From an uncultured Chloroflexia bacterium (lineage in GTDB: Bacteria > Chloroflexota > Limnocylindria > QHBO01): a stretch of 64,000 bases of DNA. The DNA lies in assembly GCA_963827475.1 (NCBI GenBank), contig CAWHAZ010000003.1, positions 90,151-154,150 on the forward strand, in the 5' to 3' direction. Positions 1 through 10,231 of this stretch are shown one piece after another. A program made the translations under genes and the position numbers. How positions within the stretch are numbered: position 1 is the first letter of the stretch; each line of letters begins with the position of its first letter. The notes under the pieces are model-generated. The model did not search any database, had not been told where the DNA came from, and saw nothing but the letters and a program-made list of their open reading frames with translations.

Positions 1-583
<583 letters not shown>

Positions 584-590
584 GGCTGGC

Positions 591-1461
591 TCACCACGGC
601 TCGATGCTAGCCGGTTCGGCTCTCAGGTGAGTGCGGGTTGCCGCCAGCCCGGCCCGCTCGACGCGGCGCGCCACGCCGTCTGCCCGTTCCGGGTCGTCGG
701 TCAGCACGAACACGGTCGGGCCCGATCCGGTCAGGTGAGGCGCTCCCCCCGCCGCGGCCACCAACCGGAAGATGTCGTCGAGCTCAGGCCTCAGGCGGGA
801 TGCGGCCGGGAGCAGGTCGTTGCGCCCCGGGGCAGTCTCGGGCGCTTCCTGCGCGGTCGACCAGTCCGCAGGCCGCAGCTCGGCGAAGACCGATGCGGTT
901 GACAGCCCGAACGGTGCGTGGACCAGCACGACCTCCTCGCCCGCGGGGACCTCCGCCCTGGGCTGCACGAACTCACCGACGCCGCCGATCCGGGCCGCGG
1001 CTGCCTGGGCCGCAAAGAACGGAATGTCGGCCCCGATCCCGGCAAGAAGGCTCAGGGCCTCCGGGTCGGGCGGATCATCTGCCGCGCCTTGCGTCCGCCG
1101 TGCCAGGCGCCAGGCCGCGGCCGCGTCCGACGAGCCGCCGCCGAGCCCGGCCGCGACCGGGATCTGCTTGTCCACGGAGAGGCTGCCGGCGCCGGTTTCG
1201 GTCGACCGCCTCCGTGCCCAGGCCCGAGATCCAGCCACGCCAGGCCAGGTTCGTGCGGTCCTCGGCAACGTCCGCGGCGTGCGGACCGCTGACCTCCAGC
1301 TCCGGGCCGTCCGGCCCCACGCGCACGACATCGGCCAGCTTGAGGAGCACCAGCAGCGACTCGAGCTCGTGGAAGCCATCCGGCCGACGCCCGACCACGC
1401 GCAGCCACAGGTTCAGCTTCGCCGGGGCTGCGAGTCGCCACCGCCCTACGCGATCAGGCAC
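591..1461 (-). CDS. ispE: 4-diphosphocytidyl-2-C-methyl-D-erythritol kinase, with an apparent +1 frameshift near 1195-1205
   Basis: N-terminal APAKLNLWLRVVGRRPDGFHELES in ORF 1075..1461; KQIPVAAGLGGGSSDAA, IGADIPFF and LTGSGPT in ORF 591..1379; total span is 3n+1. Confidence 0.88.
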
Positions 1462-2332
1462 CGTTTTGCTCCAGGAATGGCTTCAGGGTCGCTGCCAGGC
1501 ACGCCCATTCGGCCACGGACAACGTCTGCGGCCGACGGTCGGGCGTCACCGCGCAGCCGGCCAGGGCCCCGCCCACCGTGTCCCGGTCGACCGGCAGCTC
1601 GCGGACGAGGCTGTTGTGGATCTGCTTTCGCCGCTGCCGGAATGCGGCCTGCACCACGCGATGGAACGTCTCGCGCTCCTCGGCCGGCACTACGGGCGAC
1701 GGGCGAACCATCAGCCGCAGGATCGCGGAGTCGACCTCCGGCGCCGGTTCGAAGGCGCCGGCCGGGACGCGAGCCACGACCTCTGCCTCCGCAAGGTCCT
1801 GGACGAACACGGACAGGTAGCTCATGCCCCCCGGCGTCGAGGCAATGCGGTCTGCGACCTCCGCCTGGACGAGCAGCACCGCCCGCACCGGGGGGTGGTC
1901 GGCACCGAGGAACTGGTGCAGCAGCGGGCTGGTGATGTGGTACGGGATGTTCGCCACCAGGGCGTATGGCTCGCCCGGGAACAACGTGGCCGGATCGATG
2001 GACAGCGCGTCGGCGTGGAGCAGGGTCAGGTCGTCGGCGTCGTCGAGCTCGCGGCGCAGGTAGCCGATCAGGTGCGGGTCGACCTCGATCGCTGTCACCG
2101 CACAGCCGGCGGCCAGCAGCCGCCGGGTCAGGACGCCAAGCCCGGGGCCGATCTCCACCACACGGTCGCCGGAGCGCAGGTCGGCGGCGGCCACGATCGT
2201 GTCCAGTGCCTCCGCATCGGTCAGGAAGTTCTGGCTGAGGCCGTGCCGCGGACGCAGCCCCTCCTCGCGCAGCAGCCGCCGCAGCTCCCCGGGAGTGGGC
2301 GGCCGCAGCGGGTCGTCGGCGCCTCCTCCCAT
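1454..2332 (-). CDS. rsmA: 16S rRNA adenine dimethyltransferase KsgA/RsmA
   Basis: SQNFL, VVEIGPGLGVLT, VANIPYHITSP, PAPEVDS, AFRQRRKQI; ATG at 2332 overlaps the tsaD stop. Confidence 0.93.
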   Translation of the reverse strand: MGGGADDPLRPPTPGELRRLLREEGLRPRHGLSQNFLTDAEALDTIVAAADLRSGDRVVEIGPGLGVLTRRLLAAGCAVTAIEVDPHLIGYLRRELDDADDLTLLHADALSIDPATLFPGEPYALVANIPYHITSPLLHQFLGADHPPVRAVLLVQAEVADRIASTPGGMSYLSVFVQDLAEAEVVARVPAGAFEPAPEVDSAILRLMVRPSPVVPAEERETFHRVVQAAFRQRRKQIHNSLVRELPVDRDTVGGALAGCAVTPDRRPQTLSVAEWACLAATLKPFLEQNGA

Positions 2333-3418
2333 CAGGCTCCGTCCTGCCAGGGCAGGGCGAGGGAGGGCACGGCCTCCAGCTCCGGGCCGGCTCGCGCTCC
2401 GGCGGCGAAGCGGTGGGCCGCCGCCGCGCCGATCATCGCCCCGTTGTCGGTGCACCAGGCGGGTGGCGGGACCAGCAGGGGCAGCCCGCCGAGACGGTCC
2501 GCCAGCGTGCGCCGCAGGGCGCGGTTGGCCGCCACCCCGCCGCCGAGGGCCACCGCGGCCACGTCGTGCTCGCCGGCGGCCGCCACCGTTCGGCGCACGA
2601 GCTGGTCGACCACCGCGCGCTCGAACGCGGCGGCGATGCCGTCGACCGGGATCGGCTCGCCCCGTGATCGATATCCCTCCACCTCGCGCAGGACGGCGGT
2701 CTTCAGGCCGGAGAACGAGAAGTCGTAGCGACCTCGCGTCCGCGCCAGCGGAAAGCGCGTCGCGGGGGCAGCTCCCTCGGCGGCGGCCGAGATGGCCGGT
2801 CCCCCGGGATACGCCAGCCCGAGCAGGCGCCCGACCTTGTCGAACGCCTCTCCGGCCGCGTCATCCACCGTCTGACCGAGCAGTCGGTACTGGCCGTGAT
2901 CGGCCATCAGCACCAGCTGGGTGTGGCCCCCGGACACGACCAGGCACAGCAGGGGAAAGGGCGGCTCCGGCGGCTCGGGCAGGGAGTGGCCGGCTTCGGT
3001 TCCCCCGCCATTCGGTCGTTCCGCCATCGGTCGTTCCGCCATCGGTCAGCCAATTGGCGTAGATGTGCCCCTCGATGTGGTTGACCGGGACCAGGGGGAG
3101 GTCGTGGCTGGCCGCCAGGCCCTTGCCCACGTTGACCCCCACCAGCAGCGAACCGATGAGCCCGGGCCCGTAGGTGACCGCAATGGCGTCGAGGTCGGTC
3201 CAGTCGACCTCGGCCTCGCGCAGGGCGGCCTCCAGGCTCGGCACGATCCAGCGCAGCTGCTGGCGGGCCGCGACCTCTGGAACGATGCCGCCCGTCGTCG
3301 CATGCAGCGCGACCTGGCTGGCGACGACGTTGGCCTCGATCCGGCGACCACCGGTCACCACCGCCACGCCGGTCTCGTCGCAGCTGGTCTCGATGGCCAG
3401 GATGCGCGGGCCGCTCAC
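2332..3418 (-). CDS. tsaD: tRNA threonylcarbamoyltransferase TsaD, with an apparent +1 frameshift near 3011
   Basis: ILAIETSCDETG, GGIVPEVAAR, NHIEGH in one frame; VSGGHT, DDAAGEAFDK, FSFSGLKT, CTDNGAMI in the next; extra T in one copy of a 15-bp repeat. Confidence 0.92.
3005..3050. repeat. Three tandem copies of a 15-bp unit (ccgccatcggtcgtt) encoding a TDGGT insertion in TsaD
   Basis: Seen directly; the first copy carries one extra T. Confidence 0.8.
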
Positions 3419-3957
3419 CGGTCGGCGGCCTCCTCGTCCCGGGCGTCGTCGGCCGCCGCCGCGCGGGCCGCGGCCATCGACTCGCGCATGGCCCGGCTGT
3501 CGAGCGGCGGCGTGGTCATGATGTAGGCGTCCTCGCCGTCGTCGGTGTAGTAGCGCTCCCGGCGACCGGCAACGGCGAAGCCGTGGGCCGCGTACAGCGC
3601 CTGGGCAGCGAGGTTGGAGACGCGGACCTCGAGCGTCATCGTGGCCGCGCCGAGCTCCTCGGCCACGACCAGCAGGGCGAGCAGCAGCCGGCGTCCGACG
3701 CCCTGCCGTCGCCAGTCGGGGTGTACGGCAAAGGTGGTGATGTGGGCCTCGTCGACCATGAGCCACACCCCGGCGTACCCCACCACCGCCCCGCCCTGGC
3801 GGGCGACCGTGTAGCGGGCGAGGCGGTTGTGCCGGAGCTCCTGGTGGAAGGCCTCAGGCGGCCAGGGTGTCGTGAAGCTCGCCCGCTCGATCTCGAGGAC
3901 GGCGGGTATGTCGTCCAGAACCATCGTCCCGATCCGGACCGCGGCGGTCAGAGCCAT
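3415..3957 (-). CDS. rimI: Ribosomal protein S18 N-acetyltransferase RimI
   Basis: EAHITTFAVHPDWRRQGVG, TLEVRVSN, RYYTDDGEDA; located between tsaB and tsaD. Confidence 0.9.
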   Translation of the reverse strand: MALTAAVRIGTMVLDDIPAVLEIERASFTTPWPPEAFHQELRHNRLARYTVARQGGAVVGYAGVWLMVDEAHITTFAVHPDWRRQGVGRRLLLALLVVAEELGAATMTLEVRVSNLAAQALYAAHGFAVAGRRERYYTDDGEDAYIMTTPPLDSRAMRESMAAARAAAADDARDEEAADR

Positions 3958-4583
3958 GTCACCGGCACCTCGGCTCCCTCGACTACGCCCCGCGGCGGGC
4001 GCAGATAGACCGGCTCGAGGGCCGACAGGTCATCCGCCGTTCCCGCTGCGAACCGAGGCGCCGCGAGACGGGCGACGGCAACTGCTGCGCCGTCCGGCGG
4101 GATCGCGTGGCTGAGGCCGAGCGTGTCGGCCAGCTCCCGGGGGGCGACCAGGCGGGAGGCGCGGCCGTCGGCCGAGATGGCGTCGAACGCGACGAGGCGC
4201 GGATCTGGTTCGTCGCGCGAGCGAGCCCACCCCTCCGCAGCCCCGGCGCGGACCAGCGCAGCGACGGCCTCGGGCACGCTGTCCAACCACGCCTCCAGGC
4301 TGGGGATCCCGACGATCGGCACGGCGAGGCCCCATGCCAGGCCTTTGGCCAGGGCCAGACCGACGCGCAGCCCGGTGAACGAGCCGGGACCGAGGCCCAC
4401 CGCCACGCCCTGGACGTCGGCCAGGGTCGCGCCCCGGTCGTCGAGCAGGCCGAGGATGCGGGGCAGCAGCTCGCTGCCCTGGCCCCGAGTCGTGCTCCAG
4501 GCCGCATCCGCGAGCGGGGCCCCGGTGAAATCCGCCAGGGCGACCGACTGGTCGGGCGAGGCGCTGTCGAGGGCGATGATCAC
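3948..4583 (-). CDS. tsaB: t6A biosynthesis protein TsaB
   Basis: IIALDSA, VGLGPGSFTGLRVG, LEPVYLR. Confidence 0.92.
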   Translation of the reverse strand: MIIALDSASPDQSVALADFTGAPLADAAWSTTRGQGSELLPRILGLLDDRGATLADVQGVAVGLGPGSFTGLRVGLALAKGLAWGLAVPIVGIPSLEAWLDSVPEAVAALVRAGAAEGWARSRDEPDPRLVAFDAISADGRASRLVAPRELADTLGLSHAIPPDGAAVAVARLAAPRFAAGTADDLSALEPVYLRPPRGVVEGAEVPVTWL

Positions 4584-5083
4584 GCTGCTGTGCCGTCCTC
4601 GAGGGCGCGGGCCAACGCCACGTGCGGATCACCGACGGCCTGCCAGCGGATCAGACGATGCTCCGGTTCATCGTCGACGAGCTCGAGCTCGATGCGCAGA
4701 ACGTCGGCCGCCAGCCAGCCCTCGAGGCGATCGGCCCACTCGATGACGGTCACCCCCTCCGCCTGCCGTTCATCGAAGACGCCGGCCTGGCGGGCCTCAT
4801 CGGCATCGGTCAGACGATAGGCGTCGACATGGAACAGGGGCAGGCGGCCGGCGTGCTCGTTGACGATGATGAAGGTCGGGCTGTTGACCACGCTCCGCAC
4901 GCCGAGCCCCTCGGCCACGCCCTTCGCCAGCTGGGTCTTGCCCGCGCCGAGCGGTCCGACGAGCGCGAGCCGTGTCCCCGGCAGCGCGGCACGGCCGAGC
5001 CGTCGGCCGACCCGCCGGGTTGCCGCCGCCGAGCCGGACACCAGCTGGCCACTTGTTGCGGTGTGGTTCACGCTCGCCGTCAC
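4580..5083 (-). CDS. tsaE: t6A biosynthesis ATPase TsaE
   Basis: GPLGAGKT, VNSPTF, HVDAYRL, VIEWAD; start at GTG 5083 is inferred. Confidence 0.92.
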   Translation of the reverse strand: MTASVNHTATSGQLVSGSAAATRRVGRRLGRAALPGTRLALVGPLGAGKTQLAKGVAEGLGVRSVVNSPTFIIVNEHAGRLPLFHVDAYRLTDADEARQAGVFDERQAEGVTVIEWADRLEGWLAADVLRIELELVDDEPEHRLIRWQAVGDPHVALARALEDGTAA

Positions 5084-5097
5084 GCGCCGCGAGTATC

Positions 5098-6132
5098 TCA
5101 GGACGGCTGCGGGCTGGCCTCCAGGTTGGCGAGGGCGATCGCCACCGTGCGCCCCGTATCGAGCCGCACCAGGCCGCACAAGGCGCTGATCCCGGATCCG
5201 ATGGCCATCGGCTGGCTCGGAACCTCGCGCAACATGCCGACCTGGCCGCGGCCCGGGCCGGTGACGACGACCACGCGATCCCCGACCGCGGCTCGAGACA
5301 CCCGCTCTGGAGCCGGCGCCGCGTCGTAGACGAGCAGGCGGCGCTGGTCGCCGAGGATCGTGACCGACCGATCGGCATGGGCCTGGAGCCAGGCGAAGCG
5401 GGCGGGGTCCATCCCGGATCGACCGAATCCGTCGAGCGCAAGCACCGCGAACGGCGGGGCGGCGGTGCCGAGCAGGCTCCGTCGATGCTGGAGACCGGCG
5501 AAGTCCGCCAGGTCGCGGGCGTGGAGCCCGCCAACCACGATGCCGGCCACGCCGACCGCGCGCGCCCGGGTGATGGCCTCGGCCGACGCCCACGATCCGC
5601 CGACGATGACCCGACCCGCGGCGTCCGCGTCGATCACGGCCGGATCGAGCGGGGTCTCGGGGTGGCTGACCGCCATCATCAGCTGGCCGTGCACCGCGGG
5701 CCCGGTACCGCCCGCGCATGCCAGCTCGACGGCGGGCACGGCGATCGTGATCGCGTCCGGGCCGACCTCCATGACCACGCCACGGACGTTGCTCGCGATC
5801 GGTTGGGGGTCACCGAGGGTGAGCAGCTGGGCGTTTCCCCGCGTCGGGTCGTACGCCAGGAAGTAGCCATTGGCCGGGGAGCGGACCTCGCGCTCCGGCG
5901 TGCGTGCGAGGGGTTGATCGGCACGGACCCGCGTCCCGGGCGTCACCAGCAGGAGATCGACGACCTCCGGCTTTCGGCGGCGCAGGGGTCGCGCGATGGA
6001 AACCGACTGGCTGGCCGCCAGGCGGGCCACGGTCGCGACCGGATCCCCTGGTCGGACCTCGTCGCCGACATTGACCACCGGCTCGGCGCCGGACGGCAGA
6101 CGGAGGCGGTGGCGGTACGGTCCGGGAGTCAT
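5098..6132 (-). CDS. Uncharacterised protein with barrel-sandwich-hybrid-like repeats and a C-terminal KOW-like motif; partner of the GlmL-like protein
   Basis: VVNVGDEVRPGDPVA, VTPGTRVRADQPLA..EVRSPANG, ARAVGVAGIVVGG, VGDRVVVVTGPGRGQVG; ATG at 6132 overlaps the upstream stop (ATGA). Confidence 0.65.
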   Translation of the reverse strand: MTPGPYRHRLRLPSGAEPVVNVGDEVRPGDPVATVARLAASQSVSIARPLRRRKPEVVDLLLVTPGTRVRADQPLARTPEREVRSPANGYFLAYDPTRGNAQLLTLGDPQPIASNVRGVVMEVGPDAITIAVPAVELACAGGTGPAVHGQLMMAVSHPETPLDPAVIDADAAGRVIVGGSWASAEAITRARAVGVAGIVVGGLHARDLADFAGLQHRRSLLGTAAPPFAVLALDGFGRSGMDPARFAWLQAHADRSVTILGDQRRLLVYDAAPAPERVSRAAVGDRVVVVTGPGRGQVGMLREVPSQPMAIGSGISALCGLVRLDTGRTVAIALANLEASPQPS

Positions 6133-7785
6133 CCGGCGGCGCTGGCGCGCGGCTCGCGCCGGAGGGCTTCCCGCCAGGACTGGATCATCGTCCGGGCATC
6201 GCCGGGCCGCCCCGGGAGCTGGATCGGATCTCCACGCGCATCGAGGATGATGCCCACCGCTCCTCCAGTGACGGCTGCCCGCAGGCGCGGGCCGCGGACG
6301 GGCGCTCCGACATGCACGCCGCGCTCGAGCTCGATCTCGAGGTCGCCCGACCCCCCGCGCTCGAGGGGGAGGACGGCGATCGACCCGGCCCGAACGTCGA
6401 CCGGCGGAATGTCCGGCCATCCGGGCCGGTGCAGCCGAGCACGAAACGCGAGCTGGCCGGGCTGGCCGCCCGCCGACCGGACGGAGGTGCCGAGCGGGAC
6501 GAGCAGGTCATCGCGGAGCGTCTCCAGGCCCTCGTTGACGTCATCGTCGGCCAGCGCGCCGAGCGGCCCACAGATGCCCCACGGGTCGATCGCCAGTTGG
6601 GTGACACCGGGTGGTCGCAGCCCGTCGAGCAGGACGAGGGCGGCATCGGCAGGGTGCGGGGCTGCGGCGAGGAGCCGCCCGCCGCCCACGATCAAGTCCA
6701 CGGCCGGACCGCCGCCCATCAGGTGGCGAGCGGCCGCGAGGCGGTCGACGCCAACCGCCTGCGCGATCGCGGACTCGACCGACGTGGCCGGAAGACCGGA
6801 ACGGTGCATCTCGAGCCCCGCCATGGCATCGGTGGTGGTGAACTCGTCCGCGTCGGCCGGCAGGATCTCGGCCGCTGCCCGTGAGCCCGGCGGCAGGGTG
6901 CGCTCGGTGCGTGGCGGCCAGGATGGCCGTGCGGCCCGGAGAGCCGCTCTCGCGCCAGGCGAGCCACGACGCGCCGAGGTCGACCCCGAGGACCGTGATT
7001 CCCAGGCCCTCGGACAGCGCGTCCATGGCACGACCGAAGGCGACTGGCGTGGCGCTGCGCGCCTCGTTGATCTGGTTCAGCACGGTGAGCTCCCGCACCA
7101 GGGCGCCGGTCAGGCCCTCGTCAAGAGCCTCGGCGACGGACTCGGCGCGCGTCCCGAACAGCTGGACCAGCTCGCCCACCTCGTCCGGGCGGCCGACGAC
7201 GAGGACGCGAGCGCGGGATGCCCCGAGCGCGGCGGCCACCAGTCCCCAGAGCGGCCCCGGGCCGAGGGCGGGTGACGGGACCGCCAGCCAGGTGTCGACG
7301 TCGGCCGCGCGCAGAAGCTCCAGTCGCTCGGCATCGGTCCGACGGTCGTCGCCGGCCACGCCGGCCTCGACGGTCCAGCCGCCGCGGATCGCCAGGGCCG
7401 TCGCCGCATCCAGCCTGGCCGTGGTGTCGGCCGCCACGGCCAGGCGCCCGGGTCGCCGCGGGGAGCGGCAGGTGATGCGCGGAGCTTCCCGCACCAGCAG
7501 CGGCAGCCGGCGATGCAGTCGAGAGTCGGCATGCGGGGTGAGCCGGCCGACGAGGTCCTCGACCAGTACCGCGTCCCCCCAGGCCGTCGGCTGCGCGGCG
7601 CCTGACACGATCCGCCACCGGCCGCCCGCGCGCCCGACGAGGGCCGCCTTGGTCCACGCGCTGCCGACGTCGAGGAGCAGGGTGAGCTCCGTCTCGGGCG
7701 TGACCCGCACCGGAGTCGGGGCGGGCCTGGGCCTCGCCGCGGCGGCCGTGGGCGATGTCGAGGTTGCGTGGTCCACCGAGGTCAT
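6129..7785 (-). CDS. GlmL (glutamate mutase L) family ASKHA/actin-fold ATPase-like protein, with an apparent frameshift near 6905-6920
   Basis: LLLDVGSAWTKA (phosphate-1-like), VLGVDLGAS, DLIVGGGRLLAAAP..LVLLDGLRP, GGAVGIILDARG; split over ORFs 6541..7785 and 6129..7031. Confidence 0.68.
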
Positions 7786-8912
7786 CGGTTCACGTGCCTC
7801 CTTGGGAGACGGCGGCGGAGCATGGTCGTCACTTCGTAGTTGATCGTGCCCCTCTGTGCCGCCACCTCGTCGGCGGTGATCTCGTCGTCGCCCTGGCGAC
7901 CGATGAGCACGAACTCGTCGTCGAGGCCCACCGACCCCGCATCGCTCACGTCGACCACCAGACCGTCCATGCTGATCGCACCCACCATCGGCGCCCGCTG
8001 CCCGCGAACCAGGGCCGAGCCATTGTTCAAGTGGCTGCGGGGCCAGCCGTCACCGTACCCGATCGGCAGGGTGGCCAGTCGGCATGTACGCCGCGCGGTC
8101 CAGCGCATCCCATAGCCGATCGGCGTTCCCGACGCGACCTCGACCACCCGAAGCGGCAGCGCCCGCAGCGCCAACGCCGGGGTCAGGCCGGCGGTGGCGG
8201 GCTCGAACGGGTCGGGGCAGAGCCCGTACAGGCCCACGCCCGGTCGCACGGCGTCGGCATCGGTGCCCACGCCGGCCAGGATGGCGCCCGTTCCGCCGAC
8301 GTGGACGATCCCTGGATCGATCCCGGAGGCGCGCATGGCGTCGAGGACGGAGGCCATGCGATCGAGCTGGGTCTCGGTATGGGACTCGTCCTCAGGCGCG
8401 GCGAGGTGGGTCATCGTGCCGGCCAGGTGCAGATGGCGGCTGGCCGCGATCTGGCCGGCCAGCTCGAGCGCGGATTCGGGCTCGATCCCCTGTCGGCCCA
8501 GACCGCTGTCGACCTTGAGGTGAACGCCGAGCCGCGTCCTCGTGGCAGCGGCCGCGGTACCCAGGATCGCGACCGCGGCTGCACCATCGACGATCGGCTC
8601 GAGGTTCGCCCTCGCCACCGCCTCCGCGTCGCTCTGATCGAATCCGCCCCATAAGACCAGGATCGGGCCGCCCAGTCCGGCGTCGCGCAGCTCGGTCGCC
8701 TCCGACACGGTGGCCACCGCGAGGCGTTCGACGTTCAGGTCGATCAGGGTGGCCGCCACCTCGACTGCTCCGTGCCCGTACGCGTTCGCCTTGACCACGC
8801 CGATGACCTGCGTGCCCTCTCCCGCCCGCTGGCGCAACAGGGCGAGGTTCGCCGCGATTGCGGCGTGGTCGATCTCGACCCAGGCCCGATGGCGATAGGC
8901 TTCCGGGTCCAT
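7782..8912 (-). CDS. alr: Alanine racemase
   Basis: VVKANAYGHG (PLP lysine), HLKVDSGLGRQG, PIGYG, IGYGDG, GTINYEV. Confidence 0.95.
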   Translation of the reverse strand: MDPEAYRHRAWVEIDHAAIAANLALLRQRAGEGTQVIGVVKANAYGHGAVEVAATLIDLNVERLAVATVSEATELRDAGLGGPILVLWGGFDQSDAEAVARANLEPIVDGAAAVAILGTAAAATRTRLGVHLKVDSGLGRQGIEPESALELAGQIAASRHLHLAGTMTHLAAPEDESHTETQLDRMASVLDAMRASGIDPGIVHVGGTGAILAGVGTDADAVRPGVGLYGLCPDPFEPATAGLTPALALRALPLRVVEVASGTPIGYGMRWTARRTCRLATLPIGYGDGWPRSHLNNGSALVRGQRAPMVGAISMDGLVVDVSDAGSVGLDDEFVLIGRQGDDEITADEVAAQRGTINYEVTTMLRRRLPRRHVNR

Positions 8913-9823
8913 CAGGCGCCGCTGGCGCCGCCACGAAGCACGGACATCGCCTCCGGGAGCAGGCCGGCAACGTCGGAGGCGAGGGCCCCGGCCACCCCGA
9001 TCCGCTGCTCGGCGAGCAGGCCGGCCGCCGCGTGCACCGCCACCGCCACCCCGGCGGCGTCAACCGGCTCGAGACCGGCCGCGAGCATCGCCCCGATCGC
9101 GCCGGCCAGCACGTCGCCGCTGCCGGCGGTCGCCAGGGCCGGCGTCGCAACGGCCGAACGGAGGATCCTGCCGTCAGGCGCAGCCACCACGGTGTTCGCG
9201 CCCTTCAGGATGACGACGTGCTCCCACAGCCGCGCGGCTTGCGCCGCGGCCGCTTCCCGGGCTGCGTCGTCTTCCTCGGGCGGGGGCGGCGCGCCGCCGC
9301 CGAGGAGACGGGCGAACTCACCCGGGTGCGGGCTCAGTACCGCGGTCGTGTTCAGCGTCCGCCACCAGCGGTCCCGTGCGGCGAGGGCGGTCAACCCGTC
9401 CGCATCGACGACCACCGGTCGTCGGAGCTCACTGATGAGGTGCGCCGTCCGACGGAGGGTGGCCGCGTGGCGGCCGAGTCCCGGCCCGACCACGATCGCG
9501 TCATAAGCGCCGGCAGCCGCCGTCAGCTGCCGCCAGCCGGCGGGCGCGACGAGCCCCACGGCCTCCTCCGGCAGCAGGAGCGAGGTGAGCTCCGGCACGA
9601 GCCCCAGCAGCCGGAGGCCGACGGTCTCCGGCGTCGCCAGGCACACCAGCCCGGCCCCGCTCCGCGCGGCCCCGAGTCCGGTGAGCAGCGCCGCACCGGC
9701 GTACTCCAGCGAGCCGGCCACGACGAGGACCCGACCGAACGTGCCCTTGTGGCTGATCGGGGGCCGCGACGGGAGGTGATCGGCGACCCAGCGCGGGGTG
9801 AGCGTGGTGGCACCGCCGGGCAT
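8912..9823 (-). CDS. nnrD: ADP-dependent NAD(P)H-hydrate dehydratase (stand-alone NnrD)
   Basis: SHKGTFG, VVGPGLG, VVDADGL, LSPHPGEF, LATAGSGDVLAG. Confidence 0.9.
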   Translation of the reverse strand: MPGGATTLTPRWVADHLPSRPPISHKGTFGRVLVVAGSLEYAGAALLTGLGAARSGAGLVCLATPETVGLRLLGLVPELTSLLLPEEAVGLVAPAGWRQLTAAAGAYDAIVVGPGLGRHAATLRRTAHLISELRRPVVVDADGLTALAARDRWWRTLNTTAVLSPHPGEFARLLGGGAPPPPEEDDAAREAAAAQAARLWEHVVILKGANTVVAAPDGRILRSAVATPALATAGSGDVLAGAIGAMLAAGLEPVDAAGVAVAVHAAAGLLAEQRIGVAGALASDVAGLLPEAMSVLRGGASGA

Positions 9824-9829
9824 TGGTGC

Positions 9830-10210
9830 TCAGGCCTCCGCGGGCCGATCGGCGATGGCGACCGCGACGGCCATCCGCCGTTCGTGAGAGATCGAGACGG
9901 TGACCTCACCGATGCCGAGGCGGGCCGCCCGGGCAGCGGCACGGCCATGGAGCAGGACCTGCGGCTGCCCGGCGAAGTTGGGCAGGACCTCGATCTCGCG
10001 CCAGCCGACGCCCCGCACGCCGAGGCCGAGCACCTTGCTGACCGCCTCCTTCGCCGCCCAGCGGCCGGCGACCCGCTCGATCTTGTCGCCGCAGTAGCGG
10101 TCCTCGCGCTCGGTGAGCACACGGCGCCGAAATCGCTCCGGATAGCGGGAGAGCGTCCGCGCGATCCGGTCGATGTCGATGAGATCGACGCCGAGCTCGT
10201 GGCGGCTCAT
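9830..10210 (-). CDS. acpS: Holo-ACP synthase
   Basis: LGVDLIDIDRI, AGRWAAKEAVSK, VSISH. Confidence 0.93.
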   Translation of the reverse strand: MSRHELGVDLIDIDRIARTLSRYPERFRRRVLTEREDRYCGDKIERVAGRWAAKEAVSKVLGLGVRGVGWREIEVLPNFAGQPQVLLHGRAAARAARLGIGEVTVSISHERRMAVAVAIADRPAEA

Positions 10211-10231
10211 CGGGCGTCGCCCACCCGGCAG

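Noticed and set aside
591-3418. ispE and tsaD as true pseudogenes
   Set aside because: Both halves keep all catalytic motifs with no in-frame stops or decay; a single-base consensus error is more parsimonious
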